A DNA stretch of 64,000 nucleotides from Hypanus sabinus (GCF_030144855.1 NC_082714.1:94612001-94676000), one strand, 5' to 3'. Shown: positions 13,234 to 26,111, numbered from the stretch's first letter. Translations and numbers: made by a program. Notes: generated from the letters alone by a model not told the origin.

Positions 13234-16200
13234 TGTAAACGGGGGATTCTTCTTTTTCTTTATTACTACGTATGTTGATCAAAATGGTTTCTTTGTTTGT
13301 TAAAAGTATGAATGCTTCGTTATTAACCACTTAGTTATAGTAACCTTTATAAATTGTACTCGTTTAATCGCATACGGTGTACTATCTGTTTTTGGGCGAG
13401 GCGGGGACACCACACAGCATCCACACCAGCTGATTGCGCAGTTTGGCGGGGCCGAAGGCTGCTCCCCCTAGAAGAGAACGAGCTGAGTGAGCCTGAGGCG
13501 ACCCAGCGGGTTACATTGTGGGGGCTCGTCCGGGATTGATTTCAAAGAAAGCTGTGTGATCGCCATCTTTAAATTATGTCTGCGGCGAAGAGCTGGTGTG
13601 CCTTTGCAAGTGTGCGATTCATGGTTATCTCTGCATGTGTGTTGGGTGGGTTGGCTGTTGGTGCCCAGAGGGCGGTGTTCGAGTTCAGTCCAGCGTTGAC
13701 GAAATGGTGGTGGGGCCATGAACTGTCTATGCTGTTAAGAGAGCGGGGAAAGACTGGTGAGTATGTTCCAGCTATTGTGTGCTCTGCCCGGTTTTTGGTA
13801 TCATATCAAGCCCTAAAGGGGTGGAGGCGTGGGCGTAGCGGACCTCTCAGTTGTTGGGTGAGTGGCACTGCTTGGCTGAGGGAAAGCGACAGGGATTGGT
13901 TGAAAGTTTGAGTAGGCGGGCTGGTGACGTTGCTAGAACTGTCGGGTGCAAATACCTGGAAGTGACAGCTGCCAGTTCTGAGAAAGTGTGGGAAAATGCG
14001 TTTGTTTCGACAGGGTCAAATGCCGCCGCTGGGGGGCATACCATATCTGTGGCAGGAGATTGGTGGAAAGTTTTTAGGTTATCCCTTTTGGCTAGGGGGG
14101 CAGATAAATCGCTTACGGCGCCAGGGAGATCTGTCAAGGGGATCAGCTCCACCCTCAGTTGTGCAGTTGATTCGAGAGCTGTCGAGCCCAGTGGGGGAAC
14201 GGCTTGGGGTCTCTGGGGGAGCACGTTCCCAGCAATATACCAAGGAACTCCCGAAAGGAACATACCCTATTCCTGAAGGCTTAAAGGGACCAGGCACTCA
14301 GGTGCCGTTACGGATGGATGGAAGTCAAGTTAAAGCCATCCTCGACACTGGGGCGCCGGTTAAGTTGCTGTACAGTTTGTTTTATAACCGTTATTCGAAG
14401 CATTTACCCTTGACGACATTGAGGGCACCAGAGATTTGGGGTACCAGTGCCGGTGATTATCCAGACGACGGTTGTTGGTCAGTGAAAATGGAGTTCTTAG
14501 AGGCAAATGTGGAGTTGACTGAGGTTCGTGAATCTTTAATGCTGATGTGTCTGGACACTGTTGAGACACTATCCTGCTGGTGCACTTGGGGGCCTGCCCG
14601 TAGGAGGCGGGTGAGCGCTGTTTGGAGGCATTGTCGATGCACCCAGAGTTTCCAGCTGCATGTGCGGACGTGTGCAGCAGCTTTGGGCCGATATCAAATT
14701 CAAACAAGAGCCGGTCGTGGTACGGCCTGGGGGAAATATCTGAGGGTGATAGGGTCTTAGTGGACGCTGCGAAATACCACGAGGGAGGGGAGTTGACAGC
14801 TGTAGACAACTCGGTGAGAGGGAGATTGCGGCGACTGGCCCTTGAAGCCGTGGAAGACGTAGGCAGCATGTGTGTGGATTATATTGCGCTGAAGAGGCGC
14901 ACTGTCAGTGACCAGAATATGGCCCTGAGGGCCGAAGAGGCGATGGCCTGTCTGAGTGGTGCCAAGTGGCTTAAGGTGTCGGATCTGAGCAGTGGATGTT
15001 GCCAGATTCCGATGAGTGGGGCCGACAAGGAGAAGACGACCGTTATAAGTTCCCTAGGATTCTTCCAGTCCGAAAAGAAGCCACAGGGCATATCCGGAGC
15101 CCTTGCAAACTTCCCGCGGGGCATGTGGAAGACCACAGGGGATGTGGAGGTGTTTGGAGTTTTGGTGTATGTGGATGACCTCCTGATATTTGGATTTGCC
15201 TCGGGAGAATATGAAGTGAGGTTTTTGCTGGAGCGTCTGAGAACTACAAAGTTAAAGTGTTTTCTGGACACGTGCCAGGGCTGGCGGAGGTCGCAGCTAG
15301 TGAGTGACTGTTTCTACGGAATCAAGTTTGAAATGAAGTGGGAGAGACTGGAGAAAGTTGATCTGGAGGAAGTCATGAGGAAGAAAAAGCTGGAGAGAAG
15401 TACAGTGAATACTGAACTGGAGGGTGACCAATCTTTAAATGCTGCTTTTCAGGTCGGGATAGAATAGCTGTTGGAGTAACTGCGTCCCAGATTGAGATGG
15501 CCGGGATGCGTGGGTCAGAACTGCTGAGCCTGTGGCGAGAGTTGCAGGGGCCACAGTAGAAGCTGATACCTCGATTGCAGGAGGCTGAAGAGACTGCAGG
15601 AGCAGTGAAGGCCACGTGTTTCTGTTTGGAGAAGATCAAACAGCTACCGAACGCAGAAATGATGAAGAATACAGATTCAATGCATGAAGTGCTGGATGTG
15701 TGGTACATGCTGCCTTTTGCTGACTTTCCCTCGATTGAGGAAGAGACATTTGACCCTTCTCCCACTGAGTCAGGTGTAGTGGGGAGGGTTAGCTGTGTGC
15801 AGTGGGGAGGCATGAGTGAGAGGTTGAGAGAGGAGTTGGTAGCGGGCCCTAAGGTATCCCCAGTTGTGTCCGAGCCTGAACGGTTTAGGTGAGGGGGTAC
15901 GGAGGTCTCAGAAGGGTTAGGGAACTCCCAGATAGTTTGCCTATGTAGCGCCTGAGGAACAGTGTGTGAGATTTACTAGGTGGGGAGGAGATGTCACTGT
16001 TTGTGCTTGGGTTAGGGTGAGTTGGCAGGACGGGTGGCGAGTTATTTAATAGTCATGAGAACATGGCTTTTATTTGCTGGGGGAGAGTATAAGGGGGGGT
16101 TCTTCTTTTTCTTTGTTACTGCGTATGTTAATCAAAATGGCTTCTTTGTTTATTAAAATTAGGAATGCTTATTTGTTGCGAGAGAGTGCTGGAAGCTTGT

Positions 16201-16766
16201 TTGGGTTAAAATTTACTGATAAGGAGAATTGTGTTCCTGTGTAAACCAATTGGGATTAATGTTATTCTTTCTTCTGAGTCTGTAAGCTATTGTTGGCGGG
16301 CATTTTGGGGAGATCGGCGCGAGGGGCTGAGAGAGAGAGGACTTGATGCTGTAAACTTGGCGAGGAACGGACACCAAGTAGGGGGTCCGAAGACAGGAGG
16401 TACCCCGAGGAGAGGAGACGAAGATAAATGTGCTTGGTTGACCACTTGGGGTAGTCCTGAGCTGCAAGACTTCAGTAATTGAGCTCCAACGGTTGTGCAC
16501 GAAGTGGTTTGGATTTTGATAAGTTTGGCGCATTTTCTTTATTTTCTTTTCCTTCATATATACTGTATCATTATTAATCACTTAGTTATAGTAACCTTTA
16601 TAAACTCTACTCATTTAATTGCATATGGTGTACTATCTGTTTTTGGGCGAGGCGGGGACATCACACAGCATCCACACCAGCTGATTACCCATTTTGGCGG
16701 GGCCGAAGGGTGCTCCCCCAAGACGAGAACGAGCTGAGCGAGCCTGAGGCGACCCAGGGGGTTACA
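13234..16766 (+). mobile_element. Internally deleted Gypsy LTR retrotransposon (gag, protease, partial RT; no RNase H or integrase)
   Basis: Shortened 5' LTR 13234-13515, tRNA-Pro PBS TGGGGGCTCGTCCGGGAT at 13519-13536, ILDTGA protease motif, VYVDD RT motif, 3' LTR 16088-16766, near-TSD ACAG/AGAG. Confidence 0.92.
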
Positions 16767-18046
16767 AGAGATTTACGCCAGTTAGAAGAGTGGGCTGAAA
16801 GATGGCAGTTGGAGTTTAATGCTGATAATTCTGAGGTGCTACATTTTGGTACGACTAATCAAAATAGGGCATACATTGTAAATGGTAGGGCATTGACGAA
16901 TGCATTGGAACAGTTCGATCTAGGAATAATGGTGCATAGTTCCCTGAACGTGGATTCTCATGTGGAGAGGGTGATGAAGAAAGTTTTCGGTATGCTGGCC
17001 TTTATAAATCAGAGTATTGAGTATAGGAGTTGGGATGTAATGTTAAAATTGTACAAAGTATTGGTGAGGCCAAATTTGGAGTATCGTGTGCAGTACTGGT
17101 CACCGAATTATAGGAAAGATATCGACAAAATAGAGAGAGTACAGAGGAGATTTACTGGAATATTACCTGGGTTTTAGCACCTAAGTTACAGAGAAAGGTT
17201 GAACAAGTTAGGGCTTTATTCTTTGGAGCGTAGAAGTTTGAGGAGGGACTTGATAGAGTTATTACTAATTATGGGGATAGATAGTGTTAACGTGAATAGG
17301 CTTTTTTCCATTGAGAGTAGGGGAGAATCAAAAATAGGACACGATTTGAGAGTTAAGGGGCAAAGGTTTAGGGGTAAAATGAGGGCGAACTCCTTTACTC
17401 AGAGAGTGGTAGCTGTGTGGAACGAGCTTCCAGTAGAAGTGGTAGTGCCAGGTTCGATTTTGTCATTTAAAAAATGTGGATAGTTATATGGACAGGAAAT
17501 GAAGGGAGCCTTATGGGCTGAGTACAGGTCGGTGGGTGTAGATGAGAGTAAGCGTTCGGCACGGACCAGAATGCCCAAGATGGTCTGTTTCTGTGCTGTA
17601 ATAGTTATATGGTTATATGTACAGGATGTAAGGTAATTCTTCTCTCTCGATCCAACTGTACGTACAAAAGATCTCCGGCCATTAATCCAGTTACTTTTGT
17701 TCCATTACCATTTGCACAGGTCTCTACCACTCCCCAACCAGAACTGAGAAGCGAAACTATGATTTAATAATTTTCACTGATGTCTCTTTTCACCGCCCAC
17801 GAGATGATCTGTTGTTGGCATCACAAGATGACGAGATCGCAAGACAAAGGAGCAGAAGTAGGTTTTTCGGGGTATCGTGTCTGCTCCGCCACTCCACCAT
17901 GAGCTCAACTATTCTCCCATCTAGTTCCAATTTCCGGCTTTTTCTCCATATCCCTTGATACCCTGACTAATTAGATACCTATCAATCTATTCCTTAAACA
18001 CCCTCAATGATTGGGCCCCCACAGCTGTATGTGGGTACGAATACAG

Positions 18047-19500
18047 CTATGTAGGCTGTATATAGCATAGTATGTACATAGTATGCTCTAGTAACTCCCC
18101 ACGAGATAGCAGAAGCTTATGCCTTGACAAAAGGACCATCAGCGCAGGCGGCAGAACTCTATGCCGTACACAAGCTTGCTTGCGTTTTGGCCTAAGGAAA
18201 AGCTGCCAATGTTTATTCCGACTCACGTCATGCGTTTTGGATAGCACATGACCTTGGGCAATTCTGGAAAAACAGAGGATTTATCACCTCGTCGGGGAAA
18301 GCGATTAAACACACCTCCTTCGTACTGAACTTGTTAGAGGCTATACAGTTGCCACAGACTTTAATAATCATTAAGTGCGAGACACACACCTCAGCCGACA
18401 ATGAGGTCTCCAAGGCGAATCGGTTTGCAGACATAGTAGCGAAATTGTGGCCCTTTACTGACAACCTGAGCTCCAGACTCATCGGGTTGAAACGGGAGAG
18501 AAGGAGCTCCCTGTGTGTATTGACGTTCAGCGGTTGCAGGAAGCCCAAAATCCTGCCTCACGGCAAGAGTAATGTGCCTAGAGGAAATTCGCATATTACC
18601 AGAATACCGGGCTATGGTGTCACACAGACAGCCGAGTACTGTGCCCGCATAGTTTATTTTTGCCCCTAGCTCGCCTGGCACATGGCTAAGCTCACATGGG
18701 CAAAGGAGGGATGCAGCATGCCATCGCTCAACAATGGTACAACCCTGCAAATTGACTTTGTACATATGCCTGTTGAAAGAATGTTTAAGTGTATATTGGT
18801 AATAGTAGACATGTTTTTTCAGATGGGCGAAGGCCTATGCAACTAGGAGGAATAATGTAAGAACTGTGGTGAACATACTGATGAAAGAAATTATACCTAG
18901 GTTTGGAATTTCCCTAGGGATAAATAGCGACAAGTGATCCCATTTTACAAATAAATTAGTGCAGGAACTGAAGGAAGCCTTTAGGTTCCAGTAGAAATTG
19001 CATATCCCCTACCAGCCTCAGTCCTCAGGCATGGTGGTAAAAGCAAATGGGGAAATAAAAGCGGCTTTGACACAAGTTTGTCATCAAAACGGTCTCGGAC
19101 GACCAGAGGCAGTGCCCTTTGTAAAGTACACTCTGCGAAATCAGAAGAATAGAAATACAGAACTTTTGGTGGGGCGGCTTATGACAACAGGAATTAAGCC
19201 TCCGATGATCCGAGAAAATATTGGGCTAATATGATGCGATGAGAAGAAATTGAAATACGCACAGGCATTGTATCAGGAGGCAAGGAAATTGTGTGAGAGG
19301 GTCCGGCACGCCCAGGCACCGTTAACTGAAGGTAACATTCCTTCGTTAAGCAGGCAGATAGAATATATGTGAGATCAATGAATAAAGATACTTTCTCTCC
19401 CAGGCTGCTGAGGACCCATAAAGCCAGTTAAGGTGAAGGAAAAACCTGATTGAATAGATGCCAGCAGGTTCAAGTTGCACCACGACGAGGGCGAAATAAA
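18047..19500 (+). pseudogene. pol: ERV pol remnant: RNase H and integrase
   Basis: SAQAAEL..NVYSDSRHAF..HDLGQFWKNRGFITSSGK, LQIDFVHMP, EIIPRFG, LHIPYQPQSSGMV. Multiple stops and frameshifts. Confidence 0.92.
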
Positions 19501-20221
19501 TCACTAAACAAGTGACATCTTCCCTGAGAGAGAGAGAGAGAGAGAGGGGGGGGAACAGCGCTGAGGACCAAGAACCAAGTGTTATTGAGAGAATGGAACA
19601 TAAATCTATTTTAACCTGCACCTTATGTTATATACATAGTGACTAATTATTAACAAAATATATACTCAATAGAGGATTAACATGAAGGAAGTAGTGGTAA
19701 TAATCATATTGGGGGTGGGATTGATTAATTACCTAATAGCGTCGGGAGGCAAATACAAAGAAACAGGAAAGTGGAGAAGAAGTATTAGGCTGGGAAGGAG
19801 GGTTGTGCGCTATAATAGGGAAGGAATATTGTACATATTTCCCTGACGCATTAGAGAATATTATAGATCTAGGTCAGCATTTATGGTAAAGGTTAAAGAG
19901 ATAAGGAAACTAAGAGAACAGTTAGCGACTTTAATAGTGGAGGATCTTGATGAGAAGACATATGGGGCATATTTTTGGCTGGGGAAGCTGGATAACGGAT
20001 GTAATAATTATAGTGGTAAAGTGATGTGTTTTAAGATGTTCCGTATGTGGAGCACTGAGATTGTGCAGTTATCAGTTGATAAAGAGGACTTTGCCCGGCC
20101 CCAACTGTGTCCCGATTGTACCGCAGATGGTGAGAGATAAATCTAGCAAGGAGCACTAGTGCGGTGAAGAGGTGTAGCCAGAGAAGGAAAGACCTTTCAC
20201 CTATGGATATAAACTCGCTTA

Positions 20222-20268
20222 TGAGGAGGAGGAGGAGGAGGAGGAGGAGGAGGAGGAGGAGGAGGAGG
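20222..20268 (+). repeat. (GAG)n microsatellite
   Basis: Direct reading. Confidence 0.95.
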
Positions 20269-20317
20269 AAATACCCCAGTAAGGAATGTTAATCTAGAAG
20301 ATTAACAAGGAGGGAAC

Positions 20318-20792
20318 TGTGGAAGAAAATATCGCCTTACATTGTAATCGGCATTGAGGGGCTAATGATTTGTTTTAAAATGTGAATTCGAATTCTCCAA
20401 CTAAGATACTCTGACTGAAATGTGCCTCGCAACCGAGATATAAAAATAACTGTATATGTACTTCTTTGTTCTTAAAATTCTCATATGCCCCCGCTTGAGC
20501 CAGCACGCCTGATATATTTTTTTGAGAACTAGCATTTAAGTAAAATGTGTAGCTGCTCAAAGACATATTTTTGCTACTTTGCTATTCAGTAGAATTGCTG
20601 GAGTTCCGCCTTCAGGTTTAAGTGCTTTTTGTCACGTATGCTTGGGGTATAAATGTGAGTGTAATGTTTTGCTGGGCATAGCCGCGGAGCCCCGCTTTTA
20701 GGAGGCTGTGCTCGCTGATACCTTGTGTCATTAAATATTTCTGAAACAGATGCTCTCTGAGTCTGCCTGATTTGTAGTACTTTGACGCGTCA
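20318..20792 (+). repeat. ERV 3' LTR
   Basis: TG..CA ends, preceded by the purine tract AACAAGGAGGGAAC, homologous to the 5' LTR. Confidence 0.8.
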
Positions 20793-22111
20793 CCGATGGC
20801 CATTTGTTTTAGCGTCCGCCTCCTCTCGCCAGCTTCCAACATAACCATCGCCACATGGAAACATCGGCACACCCACCCTATCGAACACTTCCAGATTTAC
20901 AAATAACCTCACCAAGTTCGCTGCCTCCGCAACTGTCACTCTTTACACCTCTGGAGAAAGGTTTCCTGGCACAATTAGGCCAACCAGAAAAATAATCGGA
21001 CCTCTCTCTGCAGTTTCACACCCCAGGCTGAGCACTGTGTAGAGCACTGCAAGTGTAATCTGACCAACGCTAGCAGACGGGTATTTTTATGTGTTTGCAA
21101 ACCGCGTTCCATCTGCCTGCACCTCGCTTCTCGTAAACAGGAAACTCGCAGTGCGCATCTGCCTGTTTCCAATACGACCGAACATTTATTAAAAAGCATT
21201 GCGCTTGATTTTCATCAATTACAAAGGATCTCACCCCTCCCTTGTATCGAACTTACAAAGCGATGAACACGCACCTGCAGTTACCACCTGGAGTTTAACG
21301 TGGTCACAAACAAGGAGATGCTTCGGGCATTTTGTGCTCTCTTACCTACTACAAGGTGAATGACTGGATTTAGAGTGGAAAAGACATTAGGCAACTAATT
21401 CAGAAGGGCTTCAGAAGAAATTTGTTAGAATAAATAAAGAGATTCTAATCCCAAAGGGCATGCATTTTGAGTTGAAAGGGATTAATTTCAAAGGAGATAT
21501 GAGGGGCAGGGCTTTTACACAGATAGTAATGGGAGCCTAGAATTTTCTCGGGTGGTGGTAGAGACAAACACATTAGGGAATTTTAGGAATCGGTTAAGAG
21601 AAGAGTTTGGATGGCCGTTTGATTATTAATTTAATTGGTTCGGTACGACATTGCAGGCTGAAGGACCTCTTACCGTTCTATACTATTCTATGTTGCATGA
21701 TTCATGTATTATTTAACTATCGATGGTCGATAATCCGAGAAGTTTCGAGAGGGGAGGTGTGGTAAATTTATTCTTACCGCAACAGGCAATAAAATAACAG
21801 CAGGGATTTCCAACGACGATTTCAGAAAGGGATATAGATAGAACTATAGGATTAGTGCAGCGGGCAGTCAACTAATTGTTCAAACTGAGTCTACTTCTCT
21901 TTCTGTGTTCCAAAGAGTTAATTTGGAAAAAGAAATGATGCCGTGAGGTTGAAATTGTACAATATTACCAGCGAGGGGACCTGATGCCAGTTTTCTCGAA
22001 ATAATATCAAACAACCATGTCAAGGCCGGATGTTGGGAATGGGGGAGGAGTTCGCGTATAGTGCAGTTTGCGAAGTATCGTGGTCTTTAGCACATGTAAA
22101 GGGCACCAAAT

Positions 22112-22115
<4 letters not shown>

Positions 22116-22190
<75 letters not shown>
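22116..22190 (+). repeat. (GA)n/(GACA)n microsatellite
   Basis: Direct reading. Confidence 0.95.
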
Positions 22191-22193
<3 letters not shown>

Positions 22194-22447
22194 TTCAATT
22201 GATGACCAGTCCATTGTTGAAATCACAAGCGCACACAGTTTCAAGGTTAATTAGAGTTACGGGATCAGATTAAAGTTTATTAAATAGTGGTCGGTAACAC
22301 GTCGGCGGAAAAGTGAAGCGCATTATATCAATTTGCTTTCAACTTTATTTCGGGGCATCCAATATTCACCTGGATTTTATTTTTCATAACGTCGGGCCAC
22401 CAGGACGGCAATCTGTGATGAAATTTTTCCGTCCTCATATGTCTCAG

Positions 22448-22740
22448 GCCGCCTTGTTCCAATCGCCGCCGATTCAGACCGCCACTGTCGGTAGTCGCCC
22501 CATCATTTGCGCTAGTAAACTGGTATAGACAGAGCAATTAAAGGCATCAGAAATTCGATTACAGAGTGGGCAGCTTCGTGAATGCGGAGAGGAGGTTCTC
22601 GAAGCAGGCAGGGGACGCAAAATCGGTCAGTTACTCACTGGTGATTGAAAACGTCCAGCGATATGATTCCCGGATCTACTGCCGTGCAGCCCATCACCAC
22701 AACGATATCGGCAATTGATTCAAACTAATTGTCAAAATAG
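22448..22740 (+). pseudogene. Germline-joined VJ pseudo-exon (paralogue 1)
   Basis: Reads LFQSPPIQTATVGS..C / VNWYRQ..RRFSK..YSLVIENVQRYDSRIYCRAA..IGN*FKLIVK. YYC is decayed to YCR and FGxG to IGN*. It carries internal stops and an indel. Confidence 0.8.
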
Positions 22741-22758
22741 GTTCATCCATTTTTACAG

Positions 22759-23720
22759 ATGCTGGGACACTTCTTCTTAAGGCCGTCACCATACTGGGGC
22801 AGAAGCGCCGACAGCAGCATGCCAGATTTCAGGGTCGCCAGTGGCTCTTTCAAGTTGTCTCCATGTGTAGTCCACTTTCGAAGGCCCTTCTTCTCCCAGG
22901 GAGCTTTATTCAATAGACAATAGACAATACGTGCAGAAGTAGACCATTCGGCCCCTCGAGTCTGCACCGCCATTCTGAGATCATGGCTGATCATTCACTA
23001 TCAGTACCCAGTCCCTGCCTTCTCCCCATATCCCTCGATTCCCCTATCCATCAGATATCTATGTAGCTCCTTCTTGAAAGCATCCAGAGAATTGGCCTCC
23101 ACCGTCTTCCAAGGCAGTGCATTCCACACCTCCACAACTCTCTGGGAGAGGAAGTTTTTCCTCAGCTGTGTTTTAAATAACTGATCTCTTATTTTCAATC
23201 CATGGCCTCTGGTACTGGACTCTCCAAACATCTGGAACATATTTCCTGCCTCAATCCTATCAAATCATTTAATTATCTTAAACGTTTCAATCAGATCCCC
23301 TTTCAATCTCCTCAGTTCCAGTGTGTACTAGCCCAATCTCTCCAATCTCTCTGCGTCAGACAGCCCTGCCATCCCAGGAATCAACCTAGTGAATCTACGC
23401 TGCACTTCCTCAATTGCCAGAATGTCCTTCCTTAAACCTGGAGACCAAAACTGTACACAATATTCCAGGTGTGGTCTCACCAGGGCCGTGTACAAATGCA
23501 AAAGGACATCCTTGCTCTTGTACTCAATTCCCCTTGTAATAAAGGCCAACATTCCATTTGCCCTCTTCACTGCCTGTTGCACTTGCTCATTCACCTTCAT
23601 TGACATTCGGTGTTTCTGTAGCACTGGATTTCTACAGAACGGGGTTGATAGCTCCACATATTTCAAGTGGTAGTGGAAAATAAAAGTTTGCATGAACTAA
23701 TAAATAATCGTTCTAAACTG
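22759..23720 (+). pseudogene. C1 pseudo-exon of paralogue 1, split by a CR1 insertion
   Basis: 5' part FFLRPSP..TAACQISG..LHV*(W). Removing 22912-23604 joins ELYSV, followed by ISTE..STYFK(C)VVENKSL. Confidence 0.55.
22912..23604 (-). mobile_element. 5'-truncated CR1 3' end
   Basis: ORF 23328-23693 RT tail (LVRPHLEYCVQFWSP), CAATAGA terminal repeat, ATTC short duplication. Confidence 0.9.
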
Positions 23721-24925
23721 GGTGCAAGACAACTGTGTTAATATTAGACGAATAGAGTTCAATGGGAGCACCCGCTTGCTCCTTAGTCGACATATGCATG
23801 GAAGGGGAACTAGCAAGAGCTCAGGGCAAACATGTTCCTGTAAGGGTGAAAGAAAGAGGTCATAATCTCAAAGAACTATGGATGTCACAGATGACTGAGG
23901 ATTGGATAAAGAGAAAAAAAATGTAACATGCGGTATGTACTGAGAGTTAAAGATGAACCCTTCGCAGTATTTAAAACGCAGGGATAGGCATAAAAAGGCA
24001 GAATAAGAAAGATCACAAATACTCAATAGCAAGCAAATAAAAGTCCACTGGCAGGCCTCCTAAAAGTATATTAAGGACGAAAGACTATCCAAAGAAAGAA
24101 CATGGTCTATTACTAGCAGCGATGGCAATATGTCAATGGAGCCAGAAGGTATGGGAATGGTTTCAAATGTCCATTTCATCAGTTTTCGGAAAGGAAGCAC
24201 AACTTATAGATAGGGGCGTTAAGGAAGGGAAAGGGGAAATTTTAGTGTAAACCTTAAGAAATGAAGTGCAGTAGTGGCAGTCAATCTGTGACATTATCGT
24301 ATTCATCCCAGGGTTCTGTCGCAAGTAAACTGTGAGATTAGGTGCGGCTTTAAATCAAATATTGTTAGTACTCGCTGAACACATCTGAAGTTTTCGGAAG
24401 ACAATTGGAGTGTCAAGGAAAAGACTGGCATTTGCAGTCCTATAAATTGAGGGACACTAAGGTTGAGCTTGTTTTCTGTTCTTCTTGTTCGAGAAGAGAT
24501 GGAGAGAGAAGACGCTGGGGAGAACCGGTAGCAGTGTACAATCAGGTGGGAGACCCGTGTGTTCGAGATGAATTGCGAGCGACGTTTGGAAGATGATATA
24601 TGCTTTCAGGTTGACCAAAGCCCCAGCGCGTTCAGAATGAGCTCCAAATTGTGCACATTTGACTGTTTAATGAGAATACGCCCTTTTCTTTTTGTTATTC
24701 TTTACTAACACTTTTAGTTAAGATTCATAAACATAATTCCTTTAATCGTGTACAGTATATTGTCTGTTATTTCGTGACATTAGTTTGTAACAGGATAGCA
24801 AATTGCACAGCATTTACACAAACAGGGGTTTGGAGTGGGTTCGAGCGCGCCTCAATCTCACATATTTGGTTGGGCCGTAGGTTATCTTCCTTAGATTTAC
24901 GCAGCAAAAGAAACCAAGATGTTTC

Positions 24926-24926
<1 letters not shown>

Positions 24927-24972
<46 letters not shown>
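24927..24972 (+). repeat. (TTA)n microsatellite
   Basis: Direct reading. Confidence 0.95.
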
Positions 24973-24973
<1 letters not shown>

Positions 24974-25256
24974 TCTTTGTTTTATTTCTGTATTTACATA
25001 GTTGGTTGCCCTTTGATTATTTCTCCGTCTTGTGTACGGCATTTTGTTGATCCTATTGTGTGTCTTTTGTATATTCTTTACTGTGAAGACCCACTAGGTT
25101 GTATATGTTGTACCTTGTTAATAAGTTTGCTTTTAACATTGAATCCCTAGAGAGTGAAAAAACACTGTATTTTCAGTGCTACCTGCTACCTGGGGTCTTA
25201 AATAGTGGGGAGAACGGAACTCCGATCGTACAGATCGTGTTCAAATAGCGTTTCAG

Positions 25257-25365
25257 TAACCGCAAAGCCACCCCGCCGCTCTCTACGGTACTAGAATACA
25301 CATAATACATATGGAAATTTTATTTATTAATTTTCGCAGTAACAGCAATAATTGGGTGTATACAG
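25257..25365 (+). pseudogene. Possible TM pseudo-exon of paralogue 1 (Lys-containing TM)
   Basis: tttcag acceptor followed by VLEYT*YIWKFYLLIFAVTAIIGCIQ. One stop, and the phase is uncertain. Confidence 0.3.
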
Positions 25366-25898
25366 GAAGGATGGGAGAATGATGGTGGGAGACTGTGAAA
25401 TGGGGCAAACTAAATCATCTGCAGTTCAACATCATTAATAAAACGCAGAATTTGATGGACTTCAGGAAAAACAAGCCTGCACTGCTCTTTGTTACTATTG
25501 ATGGTGAGGACGTGGAAGCAGACTCAATAAACTAATTAGAAAGTCTGGCTGAGATCCAGGAGTTAAAGTGGATACACTATAGGCGATGGCAGAACAAACA
25601 GCGCGACTGAAATTTCTGGCTATTCTGGATATCTTTTCCTACCCTCTGCATGTCACTATTGCTGAAGGGAAGAGCAGTTTGAGTAATAGACTGCTACAGA
25701 GCGCTAAATGAGGTCTTTCTTACCTTCTGCTGTTAGGCTCTATAGTAAGTAAACCTATAGCCGGTAAATGATAATCCCCTCTTCTTGAATTTTAAAAGTA
25801 ACTTTTTTTTAAATTCTTTTCTAATAGTTACATATACGTGTACTTGTAATGCTACAGTGCCACTGTAATTTCTTTTGGGGTCGATAAAGTATGTGTCT

Positions 25899-26029
25899 NN
25901 NNNNNNNNNNNNNNNNNNNNNNNNNNNNNNNNNNNNNNNNNNNNNNNNNNNNNNNNNNNNNNNNNNNNNNNNNNNNNNNNNNNNNNNNNNNNNNNNNNNN
26001 NNNNNNNNNNNNNNNNNNNNNNNNNNNNN
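25899..26029. other. Assembly gap (131 N)
   Basis: N run. Confidence 1.
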
Positions 26030-26111
26030 CTGTGTGTGCTAGTGTTTCCACGGTTGGAGCGCTATTTCCTTTTGTTATATGAATATTTATTGTTGAATGA
26101 CAACTAACTTC

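Larger units (their letters stand above)
9290..17620 (+). mobile_element. Near full-length degenerate CR1 LINE (ORF1 with SGNH domain; ORF2 APE endonuclease + RT), host to three insertions
   Basis: AVVLGNSIVRG and VVHIGTN (ORF1). IDTWKYEVVAIGETW, NSQHGFVRGRS..YMDFSKAFDKIPH and GVPQGS (ORF2). RT resumes at 13163 and 16767. Confidence 0.92.
7740..20792 (+). mobile_element. Ancient endogenous retrovirus provirus (ERV1/epsilon-like), RT deleted, interrupted by nested insertions
   Basis: Homologous LTRs at 7740-~8228 and 20318-20792, a PBS, a gag start, RNase H and integrase remnants, a purine tract before the 3' LTR, and near-TSD CTGAT/CCGAT. Confidence 0.85.

Noticed and set aside
13576-15467. 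Longest ORFs (254 and 281 aa) as cellular genes
   Set aside because: They carry Gypsy protease and RT motifs and lie between LTRs.
21318-21355. Candidate leader exon for paralogue 1 (MLRAFCALLPTT)
   Set aside because: It is only 38 nt and phase 2, which does not fit the V exon.
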